A stretch of DNA of 64,000 nt from Chiloscyllium plagiosum (taxonomy: Eukaryota). Of the stretch, positions 1 to 12,428 are shown one piece after another. The position numbers and the translations under genes were made by a program. Location of the stretch: positions 41,820,444 through 41,884,443 of the forward strand of contig NC_057718.1 in assembly GCF_004010195.1 (NCBI RefSeq), given 5' to 3'. Numbering within the stretch: position 1 is the first letter of the stretch; every line of letters begins with the position of its first letter. The notes under the pieces are model-generated. The model did not search any database, had not been told where the DNA came from, and saw only the letters and a list, made by a program, of their open reading frames with translations.

Positions 1-66
1 ACTCTCTCCCCACCCCCACCCTCCTCTAGCTTATCTCTCCACGCTTCAGGCTCTCTGCCTTTATTC

Positions 67-94
67 CTGATGAAGGGCTTTTGCCCGAAACGTC
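67..94 (+). ncRNA. Minimal type-I hammerhead ribozyme motif (PLE-type)
   Basis: CTGATGA-A-GGGC-TTTT-GCCC-GAAA-CGTC: intact core boxes, 4-bp stem II, palindromic ACGT in place of stem III, GUC cleavage triplet. Confidence 0.8.
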
Positions 95-284
95 AATTTT
101 GCCTGTCCTCGGATGCTGCCTGAATTGCTGTGCTCTTCCAGNNNNNNNNNNNNNNNNNNNNNNNNNNNNNNNNNNNNNNNNNNNNNNNNNNNNNNNNNNN
201 NNNNNNNNNNNNNNNNNNNNNNNNNNNNNNCCCCCACCCTCCTCGAGCTTATCTCTCCACGCTTCAGGCTCTCTGCCTTTATTC

Positions 285-312
285 CTGATGAAGGGCTTTT
301 GCCCGAAACGTC
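285..312 (+). ncRNA. Minimal type-I hammerhead ribozyme motif (PLE-type)
   Basis: Core identical to 67-94, located 218 nt downstream. Confidence 0.8.
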
Positions 313-835
313 AATTTTGCCTGTCCTCGGATGCTGCCTGAATTGCTGTGCTCTTCCAGCACCACTGATCCAGGAGAAAATATCACCTTGTGCCAAGTCA
401 AATTGTGACCGCATTACGAAGATGCCAGTTGGAAACAAGACTTTAGACTCATGACCCAGAATCTGGTTTGCGTTTACTAACTGTACTACACTAACAACAC
501 ATTGTGGAGGGTGATACAGAGTTATTCTTTACTCTTTGCACATTATCCATCCATCACTGGTGTCGAATGTCAGGAGTGACTAGTTGGCTGGGCACAGGAC
601 TCCTGATCTTGTCTGTTAATTGAAGTTTTCCTTCTGTCTTCAGTCTTCCTTCTTTTACACCAAACCAAGAACAATCACCATTTCTTAACCCTTGCTAGCT
701 ACAGACCCTATCATGAACAGAGGCAACTGAATCTGATTGATTTATTAGCACATAAACTGTTCATGGTCAATCTTGGGTTGGCTAGATAGTGTCTGCCTAA
801 CTCCTGATTGGTTTCTTTGAAAGTAATGGCATCTT

Positions 836-2035
836 AAAGAACAAAGAAAATTTACAGTGCAGGAACAGGCCCTTCAGCCCTCCAAGCCTGAGCTGATCCA
901 AATCCACTGTCTAAACCTGTCGCCCAATTCCTAAGCATATGTATCTCTCTGTCCAGACGCATCTTAATGAATCTACCGTGCCTACCTCTACTATCTCTGC
1001 TGGCAACACATTCCAGGCACCTACCACCCTCTGTGTAAAGTACTTGCGGCATGTATCCCACTTAATTGTTTCATCTCTCACCATGAAAGCATGACCACTC
1101 GTTATTGAATCCTTCACCCTGAGAAAAAGTTTATCTCTATCTACTCTGTCTATATCCTTCATGATTTTGTAGACCTCAATCAGGTCCCCTCTCAATCTCC
1201 TTTTTTATAATGAAAACAATCCTAACCTACTCAGACTCTCTTCATAGCTAGCACCTTCCATACCAGGCAACATCCTCGTAAACCTTGTCTGCACCCTCTC
1301 CAAAGCGTCCACATCCTTTTGGTAATGTGGTGACCAGAACTGTACACAGTATTCTAACTGCAGCTAAACCAATGTCTTGTACAATTCTAACATGACCTGC
1401 CAGCTCTTATACTCAATATCCCGTCCGATGAAGGCAAGCATACCATACGCCTTCTTGACCACTGTATCCACCTGTGCAGCAACCTTCAGGGTACAATGGG
1501 CCTGAACTCCCAGATCTCTCTGCTCATCAAGCTTTCCCAAGGCTCTTCCATTTACTGTATAATTTGCTCTAGAATTAGACTTCCCAAAGTGCATCACCAC
1601 ACATTTGCTTGTATTGAACTCCATCTGTCACTTCTCCGCCCAACTCTCCAGTCTATCTATTTTTTTTGTATTCTTTGATAGTCCCCTACGCTTTCTGCTA
1701 CTCCACCAATCTTCGTGTCATCTGCAACTTGCTGATCATACCAACAGTGCCCTCTTCCAGATCATTTATGTATATCTCAAACAACAGTGGTCCCAGTACT
1801 GATCCCTGTGGAACACCATTGGTCACCTTTCTCCATTTTGAGAAACTCCCTTCAACTACTACTCTCTGTTTCCTGTTGTTCAACCAGTTCTTTATCCACC
1901 TAGCTAGAACATCCTGCACACCATATGACTTCACTTTCTCCGTTAGTTTACCATGGGAAACCTTATCAAACGCCTTACTAAAATCCATGTACATGACATC
2001 TACAGCCCTTCCTTCATCTATCAACTTGATCACTT
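836..2035 (-). mobile_element. CR1-clade LINE, 5'-truncated, frameshifted RT and 3' end
   Basis: Minus-strand ORFs give [54 protein letters not shown] and YFTQRVVGAWNVLP, followed by a simple-repeat tail near 836-850. Confidence 0.95.
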
Positions 2036-2539
2036 AGTATCATCACTTCCTATTGTCCCCTGATTCATTCATTGCCATACCAATCTCTATGTAAGATCAA
2101 CTCTTTTCTAGCAGATTTTTTTCCTCTTTGCTGACCAATTTCATAGATTATCACTAAGATAAGCTGGCAGCAGTAGGCCAATATATGGATCTGCTTAGAG
2201 CATGTAGTGCCAGTGATTCAGCTATTATATCGAATGTCCTAATTGATGCATCTGAATATTCTTTAAAACCTATCATTATCCTTTAACTGTAAGAACTAAT
2301 TGCAACTCTATGATAACTATGCATTATTGCACAAGAGCTCCACCAGTTGGACCAGCGTTACAGTTAGTGATCATCTGACTCTTGATTGACATCTCTTGCC
2401 AGGACTGGAAACATTTCTACCAATTCACTGATTCACAGTGGGAGCTCCATATAAGTTTCCTTTAATGCTGTGACTAACAAATGTTCCTCTGCAGGATCAG
2501 CCTCCACATTTCTACTACTTCCAGTTTTGGTGTACCCAA

Positions 2540-2780
2540 CTGTATCCAGCACCCAATCCTCCCAAAGTCTGGCCATTTGGGACAGTGTCTCCCAAGGCTA
2601 GTTTGAGGAGTAAGGAAATTTCCAAGCTCTGCACCCATGTCAATGGCAAAGGTCATGCCTTCAGTCTGCTTTTCCAATGATTGATGGCTATTCCAATGAT
2701 TGGTGGCTAGTGACCTGGAAGATGTATGCAACCACAAAAACACTTTCTCAAAGACAACTTGCTCATGACCTCCCATTTGC
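2540..2780 (+). mobile_element. Possible decayed PIF/Harbinger transposase fragment
   Basis: Weak peptide resemblance (QCLPRL... and PMSMAKVMPSVCF...LFQ) to the N-terminal HARBI1-like region; heavily degenerate. Confidence 0.3.
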
Positions 2781-3169
2781 TCTTTTAAAATATCTAATCG
2801 AGTGTGCTGGTAACATTAGCCAGGGCATAATGATATTGCCATAGCTGAAGATACATGGCTTTCAGAAAACTCCCTTGTGACTTTTGCTGCATTTGGATAA
2901 GAGTTCACTTGTTGTATACATTTCCTAAATTCTACGCAAAAACCTAGGGTGTAGCCATCATTTTTGCAGCATTACAGTTTGTACCCTTCAAGAGTTTTGA
3001 ATTATAAAGCTCTTTTATCTCCTATATCTTGTTTCTAAATTCTCAATTTATTACTATGGGTCTGCTCATGTCAACAAGGCAGGATTTGACCAAATATAGC
3101 GTCAAAAAGCACAAACAAAACCAGAGTCAGTTGTATTCAGGGAGAAAGCTCAAGACTGATTCAAGCTAT

Positions 3170-3885
3170 ACCAAGCACAAAGTAATATTGTTGGAGGTCT
3201 ATTATCTCAGTCCTAAGGCATTAGTGCAGGATATCCTCAAAGTGGTGAACTAGCCTGACCATCTTCAACTATTTCATCAATACCTGCATCATAAGATCAG
3301 AACTGAGAATTTTGCTAATGACTCCATTATATTCAGCAGTACTCGCAATGACTCAGATCCTGAAGCAATGTGTGTTTATACACAAGATGTGGACAATGCT
3401 CAGGCTTAGGCTGTATAAGCAGTAAGTACTGATCATGCCATGCAAGTTGAGGTAATGACTATCACCAGCAACAGAGAATCTAACTATTTTTCCTTGTTAT
3501 TCAATTGCATGACCATCATTGAATGTTCCACCATTAAATTGCTGTGGTTACTATTGACCAGAAACTGAACCAGACCAGACTTACAAATATTGTGGCTTCA
3601 AGGGCAGATCAGATGCTGGGAATGTTGTAGTAAATAACTCAATTCCTGACTCCTCAAACCCTGTCCACTACCTACAAAGCACAGTGAGATTGAATATTCT
3701 TCACTTGCCTGGATGAATGCAGTTCCAACAAACCCAAGAAGTTCAAAACACACAAGGACATGCAGACTGCTTGATTGGCATCCCATCTACCATCTTCAAC
3801 ATTCACTCCCTTCAGCACCATTGCACAGTGGCATCAGTGAGTACCATTTACAAGAAATGTGAAAACTTATCATGACATCCTTTCA
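3170..3885 (+). mobile_element. Old CR1/L2-group LINE RT fragment
   Basis: Degenerate G.PQ.S...P.IF..FIN.L and FAND (YADD-like) motifs. The 3' part matches the LINE at 14310-14490 and 15721-16117. Confidence 0.75.
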
Positions 3886-3960
3886 GTAAAATTCTGCTTT
3901 GGTTTTTAAAAAATCAGTCTTTGTAGAGATTGTATCAATTAAGGTTTGAATTAGAGAAGA

Positions 3961-4283
3961 GGGTGGCATGAGGGATCAGTGGTTTGCACCGCTGCAAGGG
4001 ACCTGGGTTCAATTCCAGCCTCGGTTGACTGTCTGTCTGTGTGGAGTTTAAACATTCTGCCCATGTCTGCGTGGGTTTCCTCCGGGTGCTCCCACAATCT
4101 AAAGATGTGCAGGTTAGGTGAATTGGCCATGCTAAATTGCTCATAGTGTTCAGGGATGTGTAGGTTAGGTGGATCAGTAAGGGGTAAATGTAGAGTAATA
4201 GAGTTTGGGTGGGATGCTCAATGGAGGGTCAGTGTCGACGTGTTGGGCTGAAGGGTCTGTTTGCACACTGTAGGGATTCTATG
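3961..4283 (+). mobile_element. HE1-type V-SINE (diverged)
   Basis: tRNA-like head (GGGTTCAATTCC B-box), V-domain GTGTGGAGTTT...GCGTGGGTTTCCTCCGGGTGCTCC, and CR1-like tail ending GGGATTCTATGA. Confidence 0.9.
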
Positions 4284-6198
4284 AGATCTGGTGCTATGAC
4301 CTAATTGAACTGAGAAGTGATTGCTAAATTGTAGAATGAAGGAGTGCCACCTTGAATAGCAAATGCATATAGAATGGTAGGTTGAATTAAAGGGGAAAGA
4401 TGGAAGAAAGTGCAAGAATGAATCAGGAGGATTAATGGAGGAGAGTCTCTGTGAAAAATTGGAGCGTTGGATTTGGTATTGAGCTTGTATGAACTGAGTC
4501 TAGAAGTGTTGATGTTCCAGTGAGTTGGGGACAGGTGTTAGGATTGAATATCAGAGTGATTTCTGAGTTAATATTTTAGTTTAATTTGATTCATGTCCCA
4601 ACATTTAATTTCTTTTATTTTAAATTTTAAAAATCAATGAATCCTGTAATAGGAATTTTTAAAAATGAACTTACTTTTAAAATAGAATTTTAAATATTCT
4701 AGTATTGGATGCTCCCAGATCCTGCTCCTGTAATGTTTTCTGCCAAGCCCCTGATCCTCTCCCCCAACATAATGTGGTATTGTGACTTCAAAATTTAGAT
4801 TTTCCTTTCAACTTTTGTTTTCATTCATATAGGAGGGAAGTATACCATTTTCAATCAGTAACTTAATATAAAAAACAGTGTGACCCCAATTAATTACACA
4901 TACCATCAATTTATAATCAGCTTTTTGTTTAGCAACTTTCTTTAAAAAATGCATGATGAATAAAAAGATTTATATGACTGCTATGTTTTGGGACTGTACT
5001 TTTAATTTAAGGTAAAATAGAGAAATAAGTGGGGTCATATGGACTGTTCAGAATTCTACTGTCAACAAACCAGATGGACTTGAGTATCAAAGATGAAAAG
5101 AGACCCTTTTTGTTTTGTGAGGAGGAAGATGAAGATGTCAAGGGATGTAGAGATGTAGAGGGAAGGGTATTGGTTGGAGTGAGGACCACTCATCTTAGAA
5201 ACGGGGTCAAAGTTGCTACAGGTTTCGGAAGCTGCTGAGTTGGATTGGGTGGAAGATATGTCGCATGCTTTAGAAATCGTTAAGCACTCCATCTCTCTCA
5301 GTTCTTAAGTCCACACTCCAAACGTACATAGGCAATTATAATGCCATGATAATTTAATACTAATTCATAGGCACATCCCCAAATACCTCCTTAGAGATGG
5401 GACTTCCCTGCCATTTAAAGTTTCTGTTAGAAAATCAATTCCCTTGTCTCCAAAGTCTCAGAAGGTTATTAGGAATGTCAGATTTTTGAAACAGCTATAT
5501 TTTAAAATGTCTGTTTCATTTAAAGATGAAATTTGGAGTCTAAAGGCCATCTAATTTGCATTTCTATTTGGTTACAAGACTCATATGATACATATTGCCA
5601 TGAAGATATGCTTTGAGTAGGAATTAGTCCATTGAAAGTCATTGTAGAATTGGGTTACTGATTTTCTGACACGCCACTAAATTTCATAAATAAATTTGGT
5701 GTGCCAGAATTTGAGAGAGAGTTAACGGGAAACAAGTCTCTATGATTCACCAGGTAGAATGGAGTTGAGAGCTCACACTCAGTTTAAAGACATTATATTT
5801 GTCATGATTTAAACAAGACTGGAGGATTTGCCTAGATTTACTAAAGAAAGGAATCTCTGTGTTAACCTTAAACACAAAGCCAGTTCAAGGTTTAGAGGTT
5901 ATCCAGCGAGAAAATAATGAAGTGAAATAAGACTTTGGGTGCTAAAAATCATATGGGACTTGTTCCAGGAGAATAACGTATCTAAATAAGGATCAGAGCA
6001 AAGCATAAGTGTCGGAATATTCCATTTTATTAATGGAATTTTTCTGTAGTCTAGAGTGTATGAAATATTGTTGAGACAATACTGCTTCTAGTTTGTTTGT
6101 TATAGAAAATGCATTAAAATTTGACATCTATTGTGTTGTTTCTTTTATTTTGGCCACTGCAAAATTGAAAATCTTTTAAGAACTTTTCTTTTGTACAG

Positions 6199-6343
6199 AG
6201 ATCACAACGACTACTCGTCTGCTTTCGTTGGCTCTCCTCATCTGAGATATACACTTCCCACAATAAATCCGCAGGGGAAGTTCAGAAGAAAGTTTATATT
6301 CCACCCAAGATTTGTATCTCCATTTCCATGTCGACTTCCCTAA
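6199..6343 (+). CDS. Candidate terminal coding exon, unidentified (DHNDYSSAFVGSPHLRYTLPTINPQGKFRRKFIFHPRFVSPFPCRLP*)
   Basis: Strong acceptor ttttcttttgtacag ending at 6198, open frame to TAA at 6341-6343, non-repetitive, 5 CpGs in 145 nt. No upstream exon found in the window and the peptide was not recognised. Confidence 0.25.
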
Positions 6344-6421
6344 CAGTTGATCTTTGTGAGAAAGGAGCATATTCTAAATTCATCATTGCTCCAAGTTCTG
6401 AAACTGGGAGCAATTTGACAT

Positions 6422-6525
6422 GTAGAATAGGATAGAAATTTATTGTCACACGTACCTTGCATGAAAAATACATGAAATCTTTTCTAAGTCGACACACCAT
6501 GGTGTCTATATTAATGACAGAAGTC
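6422..6525 (-). mobile_element. Short 3' end of a Rex1/Babar-like LINE
   Basis: AAATTTATTGTCACACGTACC resembles the 3' terminus of the Rex1-like copy near 29030, and a simple-repeat tail precedes it. Confidence 0.45.
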
Positions 6526-8651
6526 ACATATAATTAAAAAAAAAATTAAGACAGTTCAGTTAATATTTAAGGTGATAATATTGAATTTTGAGGTCTTGTA
6601 ACAGGAGGGGTTAGAAGGTTGCCATTGCAACAGTTGCACACAGATATCAAGTCTATTTTCCTACATGTTGGTGCTAGTATGTTGCCATATCTCCTTATTT
6701 CTCCTCATTAAACTTGGGCACCTCAACACATCATATCTCCTGACTTTGTCTTTCAGGTTCTGAAGTGGATTTCTAGTATTCCTGGAACCTTGTATGTTGA
6801 TGTGGTCCTAACTCCTGTCTATGTTTGTTCAAAAATACATCCATTTGGAGGCCTCTATGCTGGATGTATTGACATACGGGCCGTGTGGCAAAACTCAATA
6901 CATTGCAGCAAGATCAATGGAATTTCCTGCAATTGCTGGGTAGAGGTTCCCCTTTTCTCCTGAATCAATGAGCTTAAAGGGCAGGCAAGAAGAATCTAGA
7001 AGTAACACTATCTGTGTTGGAACTTCACATAGTCATCAAGGTTTCCTTCACCAACATGATCTACAGCCCTCAATTCTATGAATTAGAGACAACTTCCTTG
7101 TGCACAGTTATGTGAGAAGCTGAAGGCTCACAACCATTGTGGATTGTTTCTCGCTCTTGCCCTGCTGGTTAGCAGTTTTGTTTGTTAAAAGCGGACAATA
7201 CAGGTGGTTTAGCATTTGGTTGTGCCAGGAGGTGCAACTTAATATCTGTGTTCCAACTTGTGTAAAAGATGATTGCTCAGTATTCAAGTGGTTTGGGATG
7301 CCAGGTAAACCTGGTGAGAAAGTATATGTGCATTGGAAACCTTTCCCATTTACAGTAACTAAGAGTTGTAATTCCAGACAGGGCAGTTTGTATGCTTAAA
7401 TTGCAATGGCAAAAGCACTGCTTCCATTTTATGAGATTAGAAAATACACCCATTTCTTTGGAGCTTCTTCAAGCTAAAATCTAAATGTTTATTTTGCTCT
7501 TGTGACTGATAAATGTGACGTCTGCAGTCCTTCAGCTGACTGCCACCAAAATGGTGATCTGCCTCTGTTGCACCTTCTTTAACATCCAGTTTGTTCTTTT
7601 CAAAGCAGAGAGTTCTGCACTTGACCCTGGACAAATGAATATTGTCTTCATCATCATCTGTTATGACAACAGCAAATTAAAAAAGCTTGTCTGCCACATT
7701 CCTCCCCATTGCTTTATGTGTATGGGGAAAGCACACAGATTCAATTGCAGTTATTTAAATAAACTGGCCTCTTTGATAATGTCAGCTTAACCACTCCACC
7801 AAGACAAACTGCATGGGCTTAAATGCTGTCATCCATTGTATTCTCAGTTAAGTGAATCATAATGCGCTGAGCTACCTAACGCATTCCTATGTTACTGTGT
7901 TCTTATCCCTCTGTATTTAATATTGACTTTATTCAAATAAGTGGATAGAATGCCAAGACCCAGCACCATCAGCCTGAAGTTACTCTTGTGATTGTGAAAG
8001 GGCACTTGGGTTAATGACACCGAGGGGTAGTCTCAGTTGATCTAATTATTAACTTTCCATTGTCACTTATTTTCACAGAGCAAATATTGTGATCAACCCT
8101 GACAGTCTTCTGCTGTGCAAGTGGCATTTAAAGGATGGCGCTTTTTGAAAATTTTTGTTCGCATCAGAAGCAAAGTACTTGACATTTACATGAATGATTT
8201 TTCATCACAAAAAGGCTTTCAATAAGGAAATTGAATTAAATATACTCTCTTCTAACATGGCTAGAGCAATAAAATTAATGCATTTATGAACGAGTTAACT
8301 GTTCTCCCTTAAAAACACTGTTGAATCATTAGAACACCAGAATATCAAATCAAGGATAGGTTAAGCTGTTCTGAAACCACTCCATCCCTTAGACTTGTTT
8401 GTTCATAGCTGTTTCCAAGATCCATTAGTGGGAAGCAGTTTCTTATCCCCATCTTTTGACCCAAGTCCAGAACTTGGTTGTAACATGGATCAACAGAAAA
8501 ATGTTTCAAATTTACTTGCAAGAATTAATTCGCAATAAATATGACAATGAGAGTTGCCAGACTGCACAGCATCCTTAGTATTCTGAGCTGAGAACAGGTA
8601 CTACCATTGGGCTAGTATTCAACATATATAGACTGTATACAATGCATAATC

Positions 8652-9345
8652 CTTCACCATTTCCGCCACCTACAAACAGACCCGACCACCAGAGATGTAT
8701 TTCCCTCCCCATCCCTACCTGCTTTCCGTAAAGACCATTCCCTCTGTGACTCTCTTGCCAGGTCCACGCCCCCCACCAACCCACCCTCCCCTCCCAGACC
8801 TTCCCCTGCCACCGTAGGAATTGCAAAACCTGCACCCACACTTCCCCCCTCACCTCTGTCCAAGTCCCAAAGGAGCCTTCACATCCATCAGAGTTTTACC
8901 GGCACTTCCACACATGTTATTTACTGTATCCATTGCTCTCGATGCAGTCTCCTCTATATTAGGGAGATAGGGTGCCTATTTGCAGAACACTTCAGGGAAC
9001 ATCTCCAGGATACCCGCGCCAACCAAACCCACCACCCCATGGCTAAACACTTCAACTCCCCCTCCCACTGTGCCAAAGACATGCAGGTCCTGGGCCTCCT
9101 CCATCACCACTCCCTCACCTCCCGATGCCTGGAGGAAGAACACCTCGTCTACCATCTTGGGACTCTCCAACCACATGGCATCAATGTGGATTTCACAAGT
9201 TTCCATTTATCTCTCCACCCCCACTCCCCACCCCCAGCTCACAAACCTCATTCTTGATGAAGGACTTTTGCCCAAAATGTTGATTTCCCCTCCTCCTCGG
9301 ATGCTGCCTGACCTGTGTGCTTTACCAGCACCAACTCTTGACTTC
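8652..9345 (+). mobile_element. Penelope-like element, GIY-YIG endonuclease remnant plus pLTR
   Basis: Translates to FRHLQTDPTTRDVFPSP, FPCHRRNCKTC, VIYCIHCSRCSLLYI (GIY-YIG), AKHFNSPSH and LGTLQPHGINVDF. A decayed hammerhead TTGATGA..AAAATGTT lies at 9254-9281. Confidence 0.92.
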
Positions 9346-9544
9346 ACTGTATTCATGATGTGTCACAACAAACAGAGCAGGCTCTGCTCAGGTGTTAGTG
9401 AATTTACCTAGGCAGTATCTGATCCTTCTGAATCAGGGACAAATATATAGCTCAATACAATAATGTGCAATGCCTCAGCAAATGCATTGCTATACATAAA
9501 TAACCTGACTATATAATATTAAACAGCCCATCAAAAAAAAATTC

Positions 9545-9752
9545 TGGTCTTCGCCACAATTGAATCATAGACCTCTGTGTGAGAAACACTTAGCCTCCAG
9601 TGAACAGTGCTATGGACACACCTACATACCCAGAACTACAGTAGTTTAAGAAAGTGGCTCAGCAACATCTTCCCAAGGGTATTTCGGGATGGGCAATGAA
9701 TGCTGCTGAGCCAGCAATGCCAACAAAACATGCATGAATAAAAACAAAAAAA
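9545..9752 (+). mobile_element. 3' end of a CR1/L2-group LINE
   Basis: Matches the LINE 3' UTR at 15950-16117 (CAGTAGTTTAAGAAAGTGGCTC...GGGATGGGCAATGAATGCTG), with an A-rich end. Confidence 0.7.
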
Positions 9753-10162
9753 TCAATAGTTATCCAAAAGTGATGCATTTCCTATCAATCCAAACGAAGG
9801 CTTTCAAACTTTCCTGCACTATCACTGCATCAAACCCCCTCCTCCATTCTTGCCATATTGGCCAGTAGGTTCCTTTGTTTGCAAGAACAACTTCATTGCT
9901 TTCCTTTGTAATGTCGGCTTCATGATGTATGTAATCCCTGGGTGATCTCTCCCTCCATTTATCACTCACCCCCTGATTACTCTATCTTTTCACTACACCT
10001 TTGATAGGTATAGAAGGTTTTGTCCTGTAATTGTTTGAGAATAATCTGGAGCAGCAGTTGTAAAGTTAAAGTTCCTTTAAAACAAAGATAAGGAGTAGGC
10101 CATTCAGCCCCTCACTGTTGCTTCACCATTCAGTAAGCTATCAGGAATAATAGCATAGATAC

Positions 10163-10383
10163 TATAGTGATTAGGACAAGGTCAGCCAGCTGGACCTCAA
10201 AGGAGTTCGCTAATTGGGGCTGTTAACCTGGTCCAATCAGGAAGACCTGGCTGACAGAAAAGGGTGAATGTCATGGGTAATGGGACCCTGAATGCCTGAT
10301 TTCGTGAGATGCAGTGCTGCTGTCAAAGGCTATGCATTTATAAATAAGGAGTTATTGGTGATGGGATGCTGGCCTCTATTTCA
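10163..10383 (+). mobile_element. Probable solo LTR of an LTR retrotransposon
   Basis: About 220 bp bounded by T(A/G)TAGTGA...TATTTCA, with CCAAT-like motifs and an AATAA signal near 10343; no internal coding sequence. Confidence 0.55.
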
Positions 10384-10829
10384 GGTATTCTGTTGGTATA
10401 AGTTGTGGTTCCCTGAGTTTCACTGAGATATTCTGAGTTTCTGTGATAATACACACTTTTCTATATGCAATCATAGTATGGAGCTATGGATAATAATGGT
10501 AGAGCCTCCAACTTTCTTTTCATCATATGCTGACCAGGAATCTCTCCTGCTCTAGCTGCTTGTCATTGGTATATATTGGAAAGACTTGATGGTTGACATT
10601 CAATTTGTTTAGCTGCATTATGAGCACACCTATGGTCATCACATCCTTGGACAGATGTAACTTGTATGTGAAAGGTGAGTGTTTTCTCAACTTCACAGTG
10701 AAGTCCTAATTAAATAATGAAACAGATAGCATTTTGTGATTTTAAAAAAAAGATGAATTATTCTCACTCACCCTGAAAATGAGTAACATTTCACATACAT
10801 GTAAACATTGGATATAAATGACAGCTTCT

Positions 10830-11185
10830 TTTCTTTATTCTTTCATGGGATGTGGATGTCTCTGGGAAGGTTGCCCATCTCTAATTCCCCTGGACCTAAG
10901 TAGCTTGCTAGGTCATTTCAGAGAGCAGTTACATGCCAATCACATTGCTGTGGATCTGGAGTCTTGTGTAAGCCTTGTCAGGTAAGGATGGCAGATGCGT
11001 TTTTACTACAATCAACAATATTTGTTATCGCCACTATTATTGAGACCAGATTAATACTTAAGATTTATTAACTGAATTTAAATTCAGCTGCCATAATAGG
11101 AAGTGAACTATTCCTAAAGCATTGGCCTTGGTCTCTGGAGTGTGACTTCAGTGATATTACCACTTATGCTACTATAGACCCTCTA
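10830..11185 (-). mobile_element. tRNA-headed SINE (family of 30978-31366), diverged
   Basis: Reverse complement of the shared core ...CCTTACCTG...CACAGCAATGTG... and of the LINE-derived tail. Confidence 0.75.
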
Positions 11186-11916
11186 TTTCTTTAATGATCT
11201 CAGTCTCTTTTGTAGTCAACCTGTAATTTCTGAGATGATTTTGATGCTTTAAGATGGAATTGAAGATCTTGTAAAGTGGAGGATTCTCAGCAGGTTGAGA
11301 TTTCTTATGGTTGAATTCTAGGAGGTTGTTTCACAAGAAAGTTTGAAGTTGGGGCAACTTGTGGGGAGTCCTTTGCTATGTTAAGACCCACCACTTTCAA
11401 GGGACACCTGTTGGTTACTTTGATGAGGTTAGTTTGATAGCTTTTTGATGGAACTCTCTTTCTATAAAACATCTTATGCTGATTGTTAAAAATCAGATGA
11501 CAAAATGGTTTCCTCATCAAGTGACTTTCTGAAAGGCAAGCTTGAATTGCCTGGATGGCTATGAATGTCCATATTTAGTTAGGTATTCACTTGAGTTTTG
11601 AGACTGTCTGCAGCTCAAAATGCCAAAGGTCAGGTAATGTTTGGTGGACACTATAAGATTCTGTTACATTCATTTACAATAATATTGACTGAAAGTTCAT
11701 AACATGCTTAAACTTGACACAAAGGAAAGAATGAGATAGCAAGCTCTAATTTTGAACTTCCATTTAACGTTAAATTAGATTTACTCTGCAAAATCAGACT
11801 GATCAGCCTAACTGCTCAACGCTAATGTTGATATTCTGCACAAGCCTTTTCCTGTGCCTTTTTGTCTAACTCTGTCAGCATAATCTTTTCTTTTCTCTTT
11901 TATTTCTACCTTCTCT

Positions 11917-12428
11917 TAGAGTCATAGAGACACACAGCAAGGAAACAGACACTTTGGTCCAACTTGTCCATGTCAACCAGATATCCTGAATTAATCTAGT
12001 TCCATTTGCCAGCGTTTGTTCCATATCCCTCTAAACCCTTCCTATTCATGTATGTATCCGGATGCCTTTCAAATAATGTAATTGTACCAGCCTCCATTGC
12101 CTCCTCTGGCAGCTCATTCCATACATGTGCTACCCTCTGTGTGAAATAGTTACCCCTTAGATCCCTTTTAAATCTTTCCCCTCTCACCCTATGCTCTCTA
12201 GTTTTGGAATCCCTCACCCCAGGGAACAGACCTTGGCTATTCACTATATTCACTGCCCTTCATAATTTTAAAAACTTAAATAAGGTCACCCCTCAGCCTC
12301 TAATCCTCCATGGAAAACAGCCCCAGCCTATTCAGCCTCTTCCTATAGCTCAAACTTTCCAACTCTGGCAACATCTTTGTAAATCTTTTATGAACCCTTT
12401 CAAATTTCACAACATCTTTCCTATAGCA
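11917..12428 (-). mobile_element. CR1-clade LINE 3' fragment
   Basis: ORF 11996-12253 gives RGERFKRDLRGNYFTQRVAHVWNELPEE; CTCTATGACTCT-type tail. Confidence 0.92.

Larger units (their letters stand above)
1..373 (+). mobile_element. Penelope-like element 3' terminal repeat (pLTR), two copies separated by an N gap
   Basis: 1-141 and 231-373 are near-identical over their overlap. The same sequence type follows the GIY-YIG coding remnant at 8652-9345. Each copy carries a hammerhead core. Confidence 0.85.

Noticed and set aside
61..454. ORFs across the first gap
   Set aside because: Non-coding PLE terminal repeat plus Ns.
6758..6963. Acceptor followed by an open frame, and a 37-bp near-palindrome at 6834-6870
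   Set aside because: Peptide unrecognised, no good donor, and the hairpin is too short to call a miRNA.
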